Source of the DNA: an uncultured Chloroflexia bacterium
GTDB taxonomy: Bacteria; Chloroflexota; Limnocylindria; Limnocylindrales; CSP1-4
Length of the DNA: 64,000 nt
NCBI GenBank assembly: GCA_963762445.1
Contig: CAVXLA010000007.1
Coordinates: 72,546 to 136,545, forward strand
Direction of reading: 5' to 3'
The notes beneath the pieces are model-generated. The model saw nothing but the letters and a program-made list of their open reading frames with translations, did not search any database and was not told where the DNA came from. Below, in pieces: positions 1 to 12,134 of the stretch. Both the position numbers and the translations under genes were made by a program. Positions within the stretch are counted from its first letter, which is position 1, and every line of letters begins with the position of its first letter.

Positions 1-1353
1 CAGCACGACGACGTGGGGCCGGCCGTCGGAGGCATACGCGGGCCGCCCTCCGTGACCGTCGCCACCCCCGTGGCCGCCGCCCCCGCCCCGGGCCGCGTCG
101 CCCGCGTCGGCCGCCACCGCCGGATCCGCCGCGCCCGCGGCTCGAGCCCCGTCCGCCGGAGCGGGCCTGGCCTCCATCCAGGCCACCAGCCGGTCCGCGG
201 CCCTGACCGTGAACGGCGTCAGGACGATCGAGATGACGGCCGTCCCGAGCAGCACGTCGTAGGCCGGCCTGGCCAGGATCCCGAGCCCCAGGGCCTCCTC
301 CGCGAGGATGAAGCTGAACTCGCCGACCTGGGCGAGCGTCGCCCCCAGCCTGAGCGCGGAACGGGCAGGCAGCCCGAACAGGCGGGCGAGCGCAGCGGCG
401 AGGAGGCCCTTCAGCAGCACGGCGACGATCACGAACACCAGCACCAGACCGGCCTGGGAGGCGATGCTCGCCGGGTCCACGAGCATCCCGACCGACACGA
501 AGAAGAGCACCGCGAACAGGTCGCGGAAGGGCACGATCTCGGCCACCGCCTGGTACGAGAGCTCGGACTCCGCGATCAGCAGCCCGGCGACGAACGCGCC
601 GAGCGCCAGGCCGAGCCCGAAGACGGCTGACGAAGTGACGGCCGCGACGAGCGCGGTCGCGATGACGGCCAGGAGGAAGAGCTCTGAGGAGCCGAGCCGG
701 GCGACGAGCCGGAACGCGGCCGGGAGGAGGCGGGTGCCGACGACGTAGGCGACGCCCAGGAAGAGGGCGACACGCGCCGCGGCGATCACGAGCGGGCCCA
801 CCGGGTCGCCGCCGGCCAGCGCCGGGAGCGTAGCCGCGACCACGATCGTGACGAGGTCCTGGACGATCATCCAGCCCACGAGGGCTCGGCCGTGGGTGCC
901 ATCGAGCTCGCCGCGCTCGACGAGGAGCTTGACGACGACGAGCGTCGACGAGATGGCGAGGGTCACCCCGATCACGAGCGAGCTCCTGGCGTCGAAGCCG
1001 AGGACGCCGGCAGCCGCAGCGCCGGCGAGGATCGTGCCGGCGACCTGGAGCAGGGCTGCGGCCACGGCAACGCCCCGGACCTCGAGGAGGTCGCGGAGCG
1101 GGAACTGGACGCCGAGGGCGAAGAGAAGGAGGACGACGCCGACGTCGGCGAGCACGGTGATCTGCTGCTGGTCGCCGACGAACCCCGGCGTGAACGGCCC
1201 GATGGCGATCCCTGCGACGAGGTACCCGACGATCGTCGGCTGCCGCAGCCGGGCGGCGACCGCCCCGCCGAGAAGGGCGGCCAGCACCGCGACGCCCAGG
1301 TTCAGGATGAACCGGAGCTCGTCGGTCAGGTGGATGTCCAGGGGAGGGACCAC
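1..1353 (-). CDS. Cation:proton antiporter (CPA2/KefB-type), partial; its 3' end lies beyond the left window edge
   Basis: Not in the ORF track because it runs off the window. My own reverse-strand translation from GTG at 1353 gives VVPPLDIHLTDELRFILNLGVAVLAALLGG...PTIVGYLVAGIAIGPFTPGF...GWMIVQDLVTIV...LGAFVAGLLIAESE... This is a multi-TM Na+/H+-exchanger pattern, with high GC3 and the frame open to position 1. Confidence 0.8.
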   Translation of the reverse strand, partial: MVPPLDIHLTDELRFILNLGVAVLAALLGGAVAARLRQPTIVGYLVAGIAIGPFTPGFVGDQQQITVLADVGVVLLLFALGVQFPLRDLLEVRGVAVAAALLQVAGTILAGAAAAGVLGFDARSSLVIGVTLAISSTLVVVKLLVERGELDGTHGRALVGWMIVQDLVTIVVAATLPALAGGDPVGPLVIAAARVALFLGVAYVVGTRLLPAAFRLVARLGSSELFLLAVIATALVAAVTSSAVFGLGLALGAFVAGLLIAESELSYQAVAEIVPFRDLFAVLFFVSVGMLVDPASIASQAGLVLVFVIVAVLLKGLLAAALARLFGLPARSALRLGATLAQVGEFSFILAEEALGLGILARPAYDVLLGTAVISIVLTPFTVRAADRLVAWMEARPAPADGARAAGAADPAVAADAGDAARGGGGGHGGGDGHGGRPAYASDGRPHVVVL

Positions 1354-1394
1354 GCCCCGATTATCGCCGCGGCCGCGGCCGGGACCCGCCGGGG

Positions 1395-2189
1395 CTAGTA
1401 GATCGAGCCGGCGTCCGCCGGGATCGCCACGGTGAAGGCGCTGTCGGGGATCGGCGCGTCGGGCGCCAGCTCAGTGGCCTCGACCCGCCGCGTCACGGTG
1501 CCGCCGAACGACTCCACCAGGAGCGAGAGGAGGCCGGTCTCACGGTCGAAGGCGACCTCCAGCCGGTGGTCGGGCCGGTCGCCGGCCATCTCGATCGTCC
1601 GGGGGTGGTCGCAGGTCACGAAGATCGCCTCGCGGCCGACCATCGTCCCGGTGCCGGTCACCGCCACGGTCCCCGTCGCCAGCACGTTCTGGCAGTAGCC
1701 GCCGGGATGGACGAAGGTGTCCGGCAGCGAGTTGGCGGGCAGCGCAGTGAGCGGCGCGTAGGGTCGCGACGTGCCGGGAAGGTCCCGGGCGGCGATCCCC
1801 ACGAGTCCTCGGCGGACCGGGCGGTCGGTCGCGAGGCGGTGCCAGCCCCGGTAGATGCGGACGGTCTCGCCGTCGCTCAGCCAGGTCTCGTGGTTCGCGG
1901 GCCCGGGCCGGTCCGGCCGCAGCACCGTCACCCGGACCGCGCCGGGATGGCGCAGCAGGACCTCGTGGACGCGGAGCGTCTCGCCCCCGGCGATCCAGGC
2001 TCGCTCCTCGAGGCGCAGGCGGAGCGTCGCGAAGCGCAGCTCGGCATCGCGGGCGAACGTGAAGAGCCTCGCCAGGTCCGGGACGCCCGGTCCGAGCTGG
2101 GCGATCTCCGGGACGCGGCCGCCGTCGGCCGCCACCCGGGTCGACGAGGCCCGGTCCCAGGGGGAGGGGGTCGAAGCCATGGCGGGCAT
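1395..2189 (-). CDS. Hypothetical protein
   Basis: The last 264 aa of ORF 1395..2384, from MPAMASTPSPW. The upstream part of the ORF is Arg/Pro junk. High GC3; no family motif recognised. Confidence 0.5.
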   Translation of the reverse strand: MPAMASTPSPWDRASSTRVAADGGRVPEIAQLGPGVPDLARLFTFARDAELRFATLRLRLEERAWIAGGETLRVHEVLLRHPGAVRVTVLRPDRPGPANHETWLSDGETVRIYRGWHRLATDRPVRRGLVGIAARDLPGTSRPYAPLTALPANSLPDTFVHPGGYCQNVLATGTVAVTGTGTMVGREAIFVTCDHPRTIEMAGDRPDHRLEVAFDRETGLLSLLVESFGGTVTRRVEATELAPDAPIPDSAFTVAIPADAGSIY

Positions 2190-2295
2190 TCTAGCGCCCC
2201 GTCCGCCAGCCCTGCCCCGAGCTGGAAGGCGCTGCCGGCGGCGCGGATTCGCGCCCATGTCATGGGCGAATGGGCGCGCGATGCGCACGGTGCCG

Positions 2296-2754
2296 CTACG
2301 CGGAAGGCTCTCCCGCGAGAAGACGCTCGAAGAGGGCAAGCCCGTCGGGCGTCCCGGGCCAGAGCTGGCCGCGACGCGTCGCATCGACCCGCCGCAGGAC
2401 CCGGCGCAGCACCACGACGGCGATGATCAGGTCGTCGAGCTGGCCGACTGCCGGCAGGAAGTCCGGGATCAGGTCGATCGGCGAGGCGAGCCACGCCCGG
2501 ATCGCGACCAGGCCCAGCCGCGAGCGCCGGGGCAGGCCGGGCTCCTCGCCCAGCCTGCGGGCCAGCGTGATGATGTCGGGGAGGATCCGGACCGCCGGTA
2601 CGGCGATCTCCTGCGGCGGCCGGTGGCGGCTGACGACGACCGCCGCCGCGATCCAGGCGACGAACGCGACCGCGAGCACCACGACGACGACCACGACCCA
2701 GCTCACGCGGCCACGATACCCGAGCGGTCGACTCGCCGGTGGGCGACGGGGCAT
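2296..2754 (-). CDS. DUF1232 (YkvA-like) membrane protein
   Basis: A TM helix (VVVVVVVLAVAFVAWIAAAVVV) followed by the SPIDLIPDFLPAVGQLDD signature typical of DUF1232. Start taken at the internal Met (MPRRPP). Confidence 0.7.
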   Translation of the reverse strand: MPRRPPASRPLGYRGRVSWVVVVVVVLAVAFVAWIAAAVVVSRHRPPQEIAVPAVRILPDIITLARRLGEEPGLPRRSRLGLVAIRAWLASPIDLIPDFLPAVGQLDDLIIAVVVLRRVLRRVDATRRGQLWPGTPDGLALFERLLAGEPSA

Positions 2755-2819
2755 GGCGAGACGTGCGGCATCCCGCGTCCCGTCCTCCAGCCTGCCGTCG
2801 GTTCCGTACACTCGCGACC

Positions 2820-3605
2820 GTGCGGAGCGGTGAGCGGGACCAGCGGTTCCTCCAGGCCGGCGACCTGCAGATCGGCTACGACGTCGTGGGCGCGGGGCCG
2901 CCCCTCGTCCTCCTCCACGGCGCGTCCTCCACGGGGCGCGAGGACTTCGGGGCCCAGCTGACGCGCCTCCGCACGGCGTTCACCTGCGTCCTGCCCGACG
3001 CCCGGGGCCACGCCCGGACCGTCCACGACGCGGCGAGCGGCCTCGCCCTCGCCGACCTCGTCGCCGACCTCGCCGCCCTGGTCGACGGCCTGGGCTTCGC
3101 GACCTTCGATCTCGTCGGCTTCTCGATGGGCGCCGCCACCGCGCTGGCGTACGCCAGCGAGCGTCCTGCGCGGCTCCGCTCGCTCGTGCTCGTAGGCGCC
3201 GCGACGGAGCGCGAGCCGCGGACGAGCGTGATCCGCCACCTTGCCGACGTGGGCCGGATCGAGCGCCAGGACCCGGCCTGGGCCGCGGCGCTCGCGCGGA
3301 GGCACGACCCGTTCCAGGGCGAAGGCGCCTGGCGCCGGCTGATGCGCGCGATCATCGACTTCGTGGCGGCCCAGGAGCCGCCGTCGCCGGCCGCGTTGCG
3401 GCGGATCGAGGTTCCCGCCCTCGTCGTGGTCGGCGACCGCGACCCGGTCGTCCCGGTCCCCCAGGCGGTGGCGCTGGCGCGCCAGCTTCCGGATGCCCGG
3501 CTGTTCGTCGTGCCCGGCTGCGGCCACGAGGTCCCCGCGAAGCGGCCCGGCCTCTTCGCCGAGGGGCTGACCGGCTTCTACCGCTCGATCGGGTCGGCCC
3601 CCTGA
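2820..3605 (+). CDS. Alpha/beta-fold hydrolase
   Basis: PLVLLHG oxyanion region, nucleophile elbow GFSMGA, and C-terminal GHEVP (catalytic His). The start is uncertain: GTG 2820 is preferred over ATG 2739, which would overlap the upstream gene. Confidence 0.8.
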   Translation: MRSGERDQRFLQAGDLQIGYDVVGAGPPLVLLHGASSTGREDFGAQLTRLRTAFTCVLPDARGHARTVHDAASGLALADLVADLAALVDGLGFATFDLVGFSMGAATALAYASERPARLRSLVLVGAATEREPRTSVIRHLADVGRIERQDPAWAAALARRHDPFQGEGAWRRLMRAIIDFVAAQEPPSPAALRRIEVPALVVVGDRDPVVPVPQAVALARQLPDARLFVVPGCGHEVPAKRPGLFAEGLTGFYRSIGSAP

Positions 3606-3746
3606 CCGCGGGCGGCCAGCCGTCCCCGCGGCCGCGGGCGGCGCCGCACGCAGGCTGAGCGCGGGCGAGGTGGCCCCGGGCGGTCGCGCCGTGGATACTG
3701 GCGGGCGACGCCGCCCGTTCGCGCGGCGCAGAGGCGAGGGATCGAC

Positions 3747-4631
3747 GTGGCCGACCAGCTGAACCGGGAGGACGCGCCGGATCTCGCGCTCGTCGAGCAT
3801 CCCGCCCGTCGGCGCGGCGCGGACGGGGCTCCGGTCGAGCCGCCGGAATGGCTGACCGGAGTGGCCCTCGTCACGCTGAACCGGCCGCGGGTCCTCAACG
3901 CCTTGAGCTTCGCCCTCCTCCTGCGGCTGGCGGAGGCCGTGGAGACGCTCGACGCCGACCCGTCCTGCGGAGCGATCGTGATCACCGGGGCCGGGACGCG
4001 GGCCTTCGCGGCCGGGGCCGACGTCGCGGAGCTGGCGACCCAGACGTCGGCGAGCCTGGCGGCGTCGCCGGGGTTTCGCGGCTGGGACCGGGTTGCGGCC
4101 GTGGCCACGCCGACGATCGCCGCCGTGCGCGGCTTCGCCTTGGGCGGCGGGGCGGAGCTGGCCCTCGCCTGCGACATGCTCGTCGCCGGCGAGGACGCCA
4201 CCTTCGGCCAGCCGGAGATCAACCTCGGGATCATCCCCGGCGGGGGCGGCACGCAGCGCCTCGCCCGCGCGATCGGCAAGGCGAGGACGATGGAGCTCGT
4301 GCTGACCGGGCGCCGCGTGACGGCGGCGGAGGCGGGTGCCCTGGGGTTCGTCACCCGCGTCGTGCCGGCGGCCGAGACGATCGGCACCGCGCTCGACCTC
4401 GCCGCGGCCGTGGCGGCCCAGCCCGCCGAGGCGGTCCGCGCGGCCGTCGCCGCCGTGCGCGCGGCGTTCGAGGGCCCCCTGGCCGACGGCATCCGCGTCG
4501 AGCGCGACCTGTTCCGGGAGCTCTTCGGGACGCCCGACCAGGCGGAGGGGATGCGGGCCTTCGTCGAGCGTCGCGAGCCGCGCTGGCGCGCGCGGGGGGC
4601 TATCGCGATCCCGCCGGATGGGGCATCCTAG
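3747..4631 (+). CDS. Enoyl-CoA hydratase/isomerase (crotonase family)
   Basis: ITGAGTRAFAAGADV, GGGAELALACDMLVAGEDATFGQPEINLGIIPGGGGTQRL and ELVLTG are classic crotonase motifs. Confidence 0.9.
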   Translation: MADQLNREDAPDLALVEHPARRRGADGAPVEPPEWLTGVALVTLNRPRVLNALSFALLLRLAEAVETLDADPSCGAIVITGAGTRAFAAGADVAELATQTSASLAASPGFRGWDRVAAVATPTIAAVRGFALGGGAELALACDMLVAGEDATFGQPEINLGIIPGGGGTQRLARAIGKARTMELVLTGRRVTAAEAGALGFVTRVVPAAETIGTALDLAAAVAAQPAEAVRAAVAAVRAAFEGPLADGIRVERDLFRELFGTPDQAEGMRAFVERREPRWRARGAIAIPPDGAS

Positions 4632-4659
4632 CGGCGCCGACGAGGGAGGCGGCAGCCGC

Positions 4660-5319
4660 ATGGACGACGCCCGGGCCACGGTCGAGGCTTCGCCGATCTC
4701 GCTCACCGCGGAGCACTCGTGGGAGGCCGCCGCTTCGATCCTCTACCCCGTGCTCCTGCCCGCCGGGACGCCGGGGCTTCGACTCGACAGCGTCACCGCG
4801 CCCTCGAGCGTGGCCGGGAACGAGGATCCCCTGCTCGATGACGGCCCCGTCGACCTCAAGGTCGCGTACGCCATGACCGCGGGTGCCTTCGACGTCTTCG
4901 CCAACGGCGACCACCTGTCCGCCTGGAACGTTTCGCCCACCACGCTGCGCGAGGCGGCCTTCCGCAATCTCGCGGCGTGGGCGGCCGGGGCGCCGTGGTC
5001 GATCGACGCCTCAGGCCGCCGGCGCGTGATCTCGTCGGATACGGGCGACGGCTGGGACGCCAGCCGGATCCTGCTGCCGGACGCGATCGCCCATCTCGAG
5101 GGAGAGCTCGGGGGCACGGGCGACCGGGTGCTGGTCGGCCTGCCGGCGCGCCACCTCCTCATTGCCGGCACCCTCCACCCGGACGACCTGGAGTTCGCCC
5201 CGCTGTTCGCGGACTTCGTCCTGGAGTACGCCGGCGACTCGGACGAGGCGATCGACCGCCGCACCTTCGAGCTCCGCGAGGGGCAGGTCGGCCTGTTCGA
5301 CCCGACCGCCCCGGCCTGA
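4660..5319 (+). CDS. Hypothetical protein
   Basis: ATG 4660 is preceded by the GAGGGAGG RBS (4642-4649). Non-repetitive 219-aa product with high GC3. The upstream part of ORF 4336..5319 is junk. Confidence 0.6.
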   Translation: MDDARATVEASPISLTAEHSWEAAASILYPVLLPAGTPGLRLDSVTAPSSVAGNEDPLLDDGPVDLKVAYAMTAGAFDVFANGDHLSAWNVSPTTLREAAFRNLAAWAAGAPWSIDASGRRRVISSDTGDGWDASRILLPDAIAHLEGELGGTGDRVLVGLPARHLLIAGTLHPDDLEFAPLFADFVLEYAGDSDEAIDRRTFELREGQVGLFDPTAPA

Positions 5320-5433
5320 GCCGGGCGACCTGGCAGGCCCCAGGCGGCGGGCGCGGCAGGGGCGCGCCGCGACTCGGCCGGCGTGGCGCGGCGGGCGCCG
5401 CTCGCCGGGCCGGGGGTGGCCTAGAATCCGGCC

Positions 5434-6663
<1,230 letters not shown>

Positions 6664-6715
6664 GCCCCGTCACACCGTCCCGGCCCCGCCGGTCTAAGGC
6701 TGCGGTCGCACCCCC

Positions 6716-7612
6716 ATGCCGGAGGACACCCTGCCCCACGATCCGCAGCCCGCTCCCGCCGCCACGGCCCTGTCCGTAGGCCCGGGCGCAGGCGTGATCG
6801 CCCGGCTCCGGGCTGCGAGCCGGCTGGCGCGCGGCGTGGCGCTCGCTCCCGTCTACCGGGCCTACACGGCCCGGCTTCGAGCGGAGGTCCTGGCCCGCCC
6901 GGTTCCGCATCACGTCGCCCTGATCATGGACGGCAACCGGCGCTGGGCCCGCGAGCTCGGCTTCCGGGAGATCCGGGCCGGCCACAGCCACGGCGCGGAC
7001 AAGGCGGTCGAGCTGCTGGGCTGGTGCGCCGCGATCGGCATCCGGGAGGTGACCCTGTGGGCCCTCTCGCTGGAGAACCTGGAGCGGTCGGCCGAGGAGG
7101 TCAGCGCGATCACCGAGATCGCCCGCGAGACGCTCGAGGCGCTCGCCGAGCGGGACCGGGTCCACCGGATGCAGATGAGCCTCCAGGTGATCGGGCGACG
7201 CGACCTCCTGCCGGAGCGGCTGCGCGAGGCCGCCGAGCGGGGCGAGGCGGAGACCCGTGGCCGGTCCGGCCTGCGCGTCACCCTCGCCCTCGGCTACTCC
7301 GGGCGCGACGAGCTGGTCGAGGCGGCGCGCGCCGCGGTACGGGCGCTCGTCGCCGAGGGAACCGCACCCGAGGCCCTCGCCGACGCCCTGACCGCCGAGC
7401 GGCTGGCCGCCCAGCTCTACACGCGCGGCTCGCCGGACCCCGAGCTGATCATCCGCACGTCGGGCGAGGTCCGCCTGTCGGGCTTCCTGCCCTGGCAAAG
7501 CGCCTACAGCGAGTTCTACTTCTGCGACGCCTACTGGCCCGCCTTCCGCGAGATCGACCTGCTGCGGGCGGTCCGGACGTACCAGCAGCGGGCCCGGCGC
7601 TTCGGGCGCTGA
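6716..7612 (+). CDS. uppS: Isoprenyl transferase / undecaprenyl-diphosphate synthase family
   Basis: HVALIMDGNRRWA, IRTSGEVRLSGFLPWQSAYSEFYF and the C-terminal RRFG. The exact start is uncertain. Confidence 0.9.
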   Translation: MPEDTLPHDPQPAPAATALSVGPGAGVIARLRAASRLARGVALAPVYRAYTARLRAEVLARPVPHHVALIMDGNRRWARELGFREIRAGHSHGADKAVELLGWCAAIGIREVTLWALSLENLERSAEEVSAITEIARETLEALAERDRVHRMQMSLQVIGRRDLLPERLREAAERGEAETRGRSGLRVTLALGYSGRDELVEAARAAVRALVAEGTAPEALADALTAERLAAQLYTRGSPDPELIIRTSGEVRLSGFLPWQSAYSEFYFCDAYWPAFREIDLLRAVRTYQQRARRFGR

Positions 7613-7685
7613 GGCGCCCACCTCGGACCGGGTCTCGGCGTGTCGGCCCCGGTCTCGCCGGTCCGTCCGGGTTTCGACGGTCTGC

Positions 7686-7714
7686 TTGTCGAAAACCGGA
7701 TGACCCCGTAGCAT
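7686..7714 (+). promoter_or_regulatory. Candidate sigma70-like promoter for erpA (TTGTCG-N17-TAGCAT)
   Basis: Hexamers at 7686-7691 and 7709-7714 with a 17-nt spacer, about 45 nt upstream of the erpA ATG. Each hexamer matches consensus at 4/6 positions. Confidence 0.25.
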
Positions 7715-7759
7715 TCTCTCGAGACCTGCCCCCCTTCGTCCCAAGGAGGACGTTCCCCC

Positions 7760-8140
7760 ATGATCGAGAACGCTGCGACCGTCGTCAGCCTCACGGACGC
7801 CGCCGCCGGCAAGCTCCGGCAGATCACGGCCGAGGAGCCGAACCCCGCCGCCGGCCTCCGCGTCTACGTCTACTCGGGCGGTTGCTCCGGCTTCCGCTAC
7901 GGGATGATGATCGAGGATGCGCCCACGTCCGACGACCACGTCCTCGAGGCGCAGGGGATCAAGGTCTACGTCGACACCAAGAGCATCGACCTCCTGCGCG
8001 GCTCGCAGATCGACTACGTCGACACGCTCATGGGCGCCGGCTTCACGGTGAACAACCCGAACGCTGTCGCGGCCTGCGGGTGCGGGTCATCCTTCCGCAC
8101 CGCCGACGCTGCGGGCAGCGCAGGCGCCTGCCACCACTGA
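7760..8140 (+). CDS. erpA: Iron-sulfur cluster insertion protein (HesB/IscA/ErpA family)
   Basis: AAGGAGGA RBS; GLRVYVYSGGCSGFRYGM and the C-terminal CGCGSSF cysteine triad. Confidence 0.9.
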   Translation: MIENAATVVSLTDAAAGKLRQITAEEPNPAAGLRVYVYSGGCSGFRYGMMIEDAPTSDDHVLEAQGIKVYVDTKSIDLLRGSQIDYVDTLMGAGFTVNNPNAVAACGCGSSFRTADAAGSAGACHH

Positions 8141-8373
8141 GCGCCGGCCGGCAGGCCCCGGCCCTCCTTCGCGACCCTTCGACGACGCTGGCACTGCCGG
8201 CGTCGTCTTCGTCTGCCGGCATCGGCCGGGTGGCGGCCGGACCAGGTCGGTCGTCGGGGCCAGGCGGGGCGGACCCGCCGGGCGCGCGGCGGTCACCTTG
8301 ACGGCCGCCGCCGAGGCTCGTAGCGTCGCAGCCGGTGCCCGGGTCCACCCGGCGAACACGAGTGGAGGGCGGC

Positions 8374-9096
8374 GTGAGCTTCCTGCAGAAGGCGAAGGAG
8401 AAGGCTGCCGAGGTCGCCAGGGAGGCCGCCGACGCGTCCACGCGCGCCGCCGGCGCCGTCTCGGCGAAGGCCCACGATCCGACCACGCAGGATCGGCTGA
8501 AGGCCGGGCTCTCCTCGGCCGGCAGGGCCGCCGGCGATGCATCGGCGAAGGCAGCAGATGCGTCGGCCAAGGCGGCGAGCGCAGTCGTCGCGAAGGCCCA
8601 GGACCCGGCGACCAAGGCGAAGGTGAAGAGCGGCCTCGCGAGCGCCGGGCGGGGCGCCCGGACGATGGTCGAGCGGATCGACCCCGGGATCCTGGCCGAG
8701 GTCGTGATCAAGGCGACCGCCCTGCAGGAGCGGGCGAACGCCCGGCTGCGGGCGAAGGGCTCGATCTACCGGATCGGCGAGATCCAGGTGACCGCCTCGC
8801 TGCCTCCCGGGATCTCCTTCTCGATCGAGCGCGTGGGAGACCACGACCACGAGGCGACCGCCGGCGCTCCCCAGCTGAGCTCCACGGAGATCCTGGCCGA
8901 GGAGCGCGCCGCCGGCGAGGAGGCGATCGTCTCCCTCGACACCGAGGAGCAGGCGGCGATCGGCGAGGAGATCGCCGAGGCCGAGGCCTCGATCGACGCC
9001 ACGGTCGACGCCCTCGAGGGCACGGCGCCGGCTGCCAGCCTGGCCGAAGCGCCGGCGACTCCGGCGGAGGTGCCCGAGGTCCGAGCGGGCGTCTAG
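8374..9096 (+). CDS. Hypothetical protein with an Ala/Lys-rich repeated N-terminal region
   Basis: GTG 8374 follows a GGAGGG RBS. There is an internal roughly 26-aa duplication (AVSAKAHDPTTQDRLKAGLSSAGRAA / AVVAKAQDPATKAKVKSGLASAGRGA). No family assigned. Confidence 0.5.
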   Translation: MSFLQKAKEKAAEVAREAADASTRAAGAVSAKAHDPTTQDRLKAGLSSAGRAAGDASAKAADASAKAASAVVAKAQDPATKAKVKSGLASAGRGARTMVERIDPGILAEVVIKATALQERANARLRAKGSIYRIGEIQVTASLPPGISFSIERVGDHDHEATAGAPQLSSTEILAEERAAGEEAIVSLDTEEQAAIGEEIAEAEASIDATVDALEGTAPAASLAEAPATPAEVPEVRAGV

Positions 9097-9145
9097 ACTG
9101 GCCCCAGGCCGGCCGGCGGCCGGCGGCGCGATCCAGGAGGCCGAC

Positions 9146-10709
<1,564 letters not shown>

Positions 10710-11080
10710 CACGGCTCTCCTGCGAGGGCCCGCATTGTTGCGCAAACACGCGCCCGGCGGAAGAACGCCGCTTGGCCGCAGCCGAGGACCGCGGCGATGC
10801 GCCCGATCGCCCGCGGCCGGGCCGGCACGGCCGGCACAGCGGGCGGAGTATCAGCCCCATCAGTACCGGGGCGTCTTCTCTGCCCGGCGCCACCAGCGAT
10901 CGGGTCGGGCATGGTCCTCGGGCGGTTGATGCGTCCGCCGGCAACGATCCCCGGAGAGCCGTCGAGCGTGGGGCGCCCCGCCCGGTAACCTCGCCCACCG
11001 TCCGGGTGCCACCGCGACGCTCCCCGCGTGGTCGCGGACGCAGCTTCCCCGTCCGGTAATGATGGGAGTGATGGAGCGGA

Positions 11081-11226
11081 CGATCCCGCGGGAGGTCCGG
11101 CCACGGGCGGCCCCGATCCCGGCCGCGGGCAGCCCCGATCCCGCGGCAGGTGCCGCCGCCGGCGCCGACGATCCCGGGCCGGGGACCGGGACCATCGGGG
11201 GATCGTCCTGCCGCACCCCGATCCCG
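11081..11226 (+). promoter_or_regulatory. Array of five same-orientation CGATCCCG octamers upstream of the GT2 gene
   Basis: Exact copies start at 11081, 11114, 11136, 11169 and 11219, giving spacings of 33, 22, 33 and 50 bp. A near-inverted copy (cgggggatcg) lies at 11196-11205. Confidence 0.4.
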
Positions 11227-11240
11227 GTACCCTTCGTGGG

Positions 11241-12134
11241 ATGCCGCTGACGCCCGATCCCGCCGCCGCGCTCTCCCGGCCCGCCGTCCTGATCGCACGG
11301 GGTCGCCTGATCATCGTCATGCCCGCCTACAACGCCGCGCTCACCCTCGAGCGGACCTACGCGGACGTGCCCCGCGAGATCGTCGACCGGGTGATCCTCG
11401 TCGACGACGTGTCGCGCGACCAGACCGTCGAGATCGCCCGGCGGCTGGGCCTCGACGTGATCGTCCACCGCCAGAACCGAGGCTACGGCGGCAACCAGAA
11501 GACCTGCTACGACGCGGCGCTCAAGGCCGGCGCCGATGTCGTGGTCATGCTCCACCCCGACTACCAGTACGACGCCACCCGGATCCCGGCCCTCGTCGAG
11601 CCGATCCTCCGCGGCGAGGCCGACCTCATGCTGGGCAGCCGCTTCCTGGGCGACCCGCTGGCCGGGGGGATGCCGCGCTGGAAGTACGTCAGCAACCGCT
11701 TCCTGACCGCCCTCGAGAACCGGGTCTTCGGACTGCGCCTCTCCGAGTACCACACGGGGTTCCGCGCCTACTCGCGGCACCTGCTCGAGACGATCCCGTA
11801 CCACCGCAACAGCGACGACTTCGTCTTCGACCAGGAGCTCGTCGCCCAGGCGGTGGCCGCGGGGCTGGCGATCGGCGAGATCGGCGTCCCGACCCGGTAC
11901 TTCGCCGAGGCCAGCTCCGTCGGCCTGCGCCGGAGCATCGTCTACGGCCTCTCGACGCTCCGCGTCTGCGCCCGTTTCGCGCTCCACCGGGTCCGGGTGC
12001 GGCCGTCGCCGAAGCTGACGCCGAAGCGGCCCGGCGTGGCGGTCAGCCGCAGCACGGCCCCCACCACGGAGCTGGCGGCCGACTCGAGCCCCGCCGACGC
12101 TCGTTGGCCGGGCGGGGCGGATCGTTCCGGGTGA
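11241..12134 (+). CDS. Family 2 glycosyltransferase (polyprenol-phosphate sugar transferase-like)
   Basis: IIVMPAYNAALTLERT, VILVDDVSRDQT, NRGYGGNQKTCY and MLHPDYQYD. Start at ATG 11241; the upstream part of ORF 11028.. is junk. Confidence 0.85.
   Translation: MPLTPDPAAALSRPAVLIARGRLIIVMPAYNAALTLERTYADVPREIVDRVILVDDVSRDQTVEIARRLGLDVIVHRQNRGYGGNQKTCYDAALKAGADVVVMLHPDYQYDATRIPALVEPILRGEADLMLGSRFLGDPLAGGMPRWKYVSNRFLTALENRVFGLRLSEYHTGFRAYSRHLLETIPYHRNSDDFVFDQELVAQAVAAGLAIGEIGVPTRYFAEASSVGLRRSIVYGLSTLRVCARFALHRVRVRPSPKLTPKRPGVAVSRSTAPTTELAADSSPADARWPGGADRSG

Noticed and set aside
2703-4706. 667-aa minus-strand ORF. The same class includes 5011..6567(-), 6551..7939(-), 10860..12407(-), 18818..20908(-), 24098..26518(+), 24510..26438(-), 34148..37036(+), 37052..39973(+), 40795..43677(+), 43941..46304(+), 47024..48952(-) and 53699..55201(-).
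   Set aside because: These are shadow ORFs typical of very GC-rich DNA. Their products are Arg/Pro/Gly/Asp-rich low-complexity strings without motifs. Each lies antisense to, or out of frame with, a gene that has clear family signatures.
11059-11250. 63-aa ORF (MMGVMERTIPREV...) covering the octamer array. Also ORFs 10709..11320(-) and 10772..11059(+) in the same intergenic region.
   Set aside because: There is no RBS, and the products are Pro/Gly/Ala-rich and disordered. The minus-strand ORF is Arg-rich junk. I treat the region as non-coding regulatory DNA, but note that GC3 of 11059..11250 is fairly high, so translation is not fully excluded.
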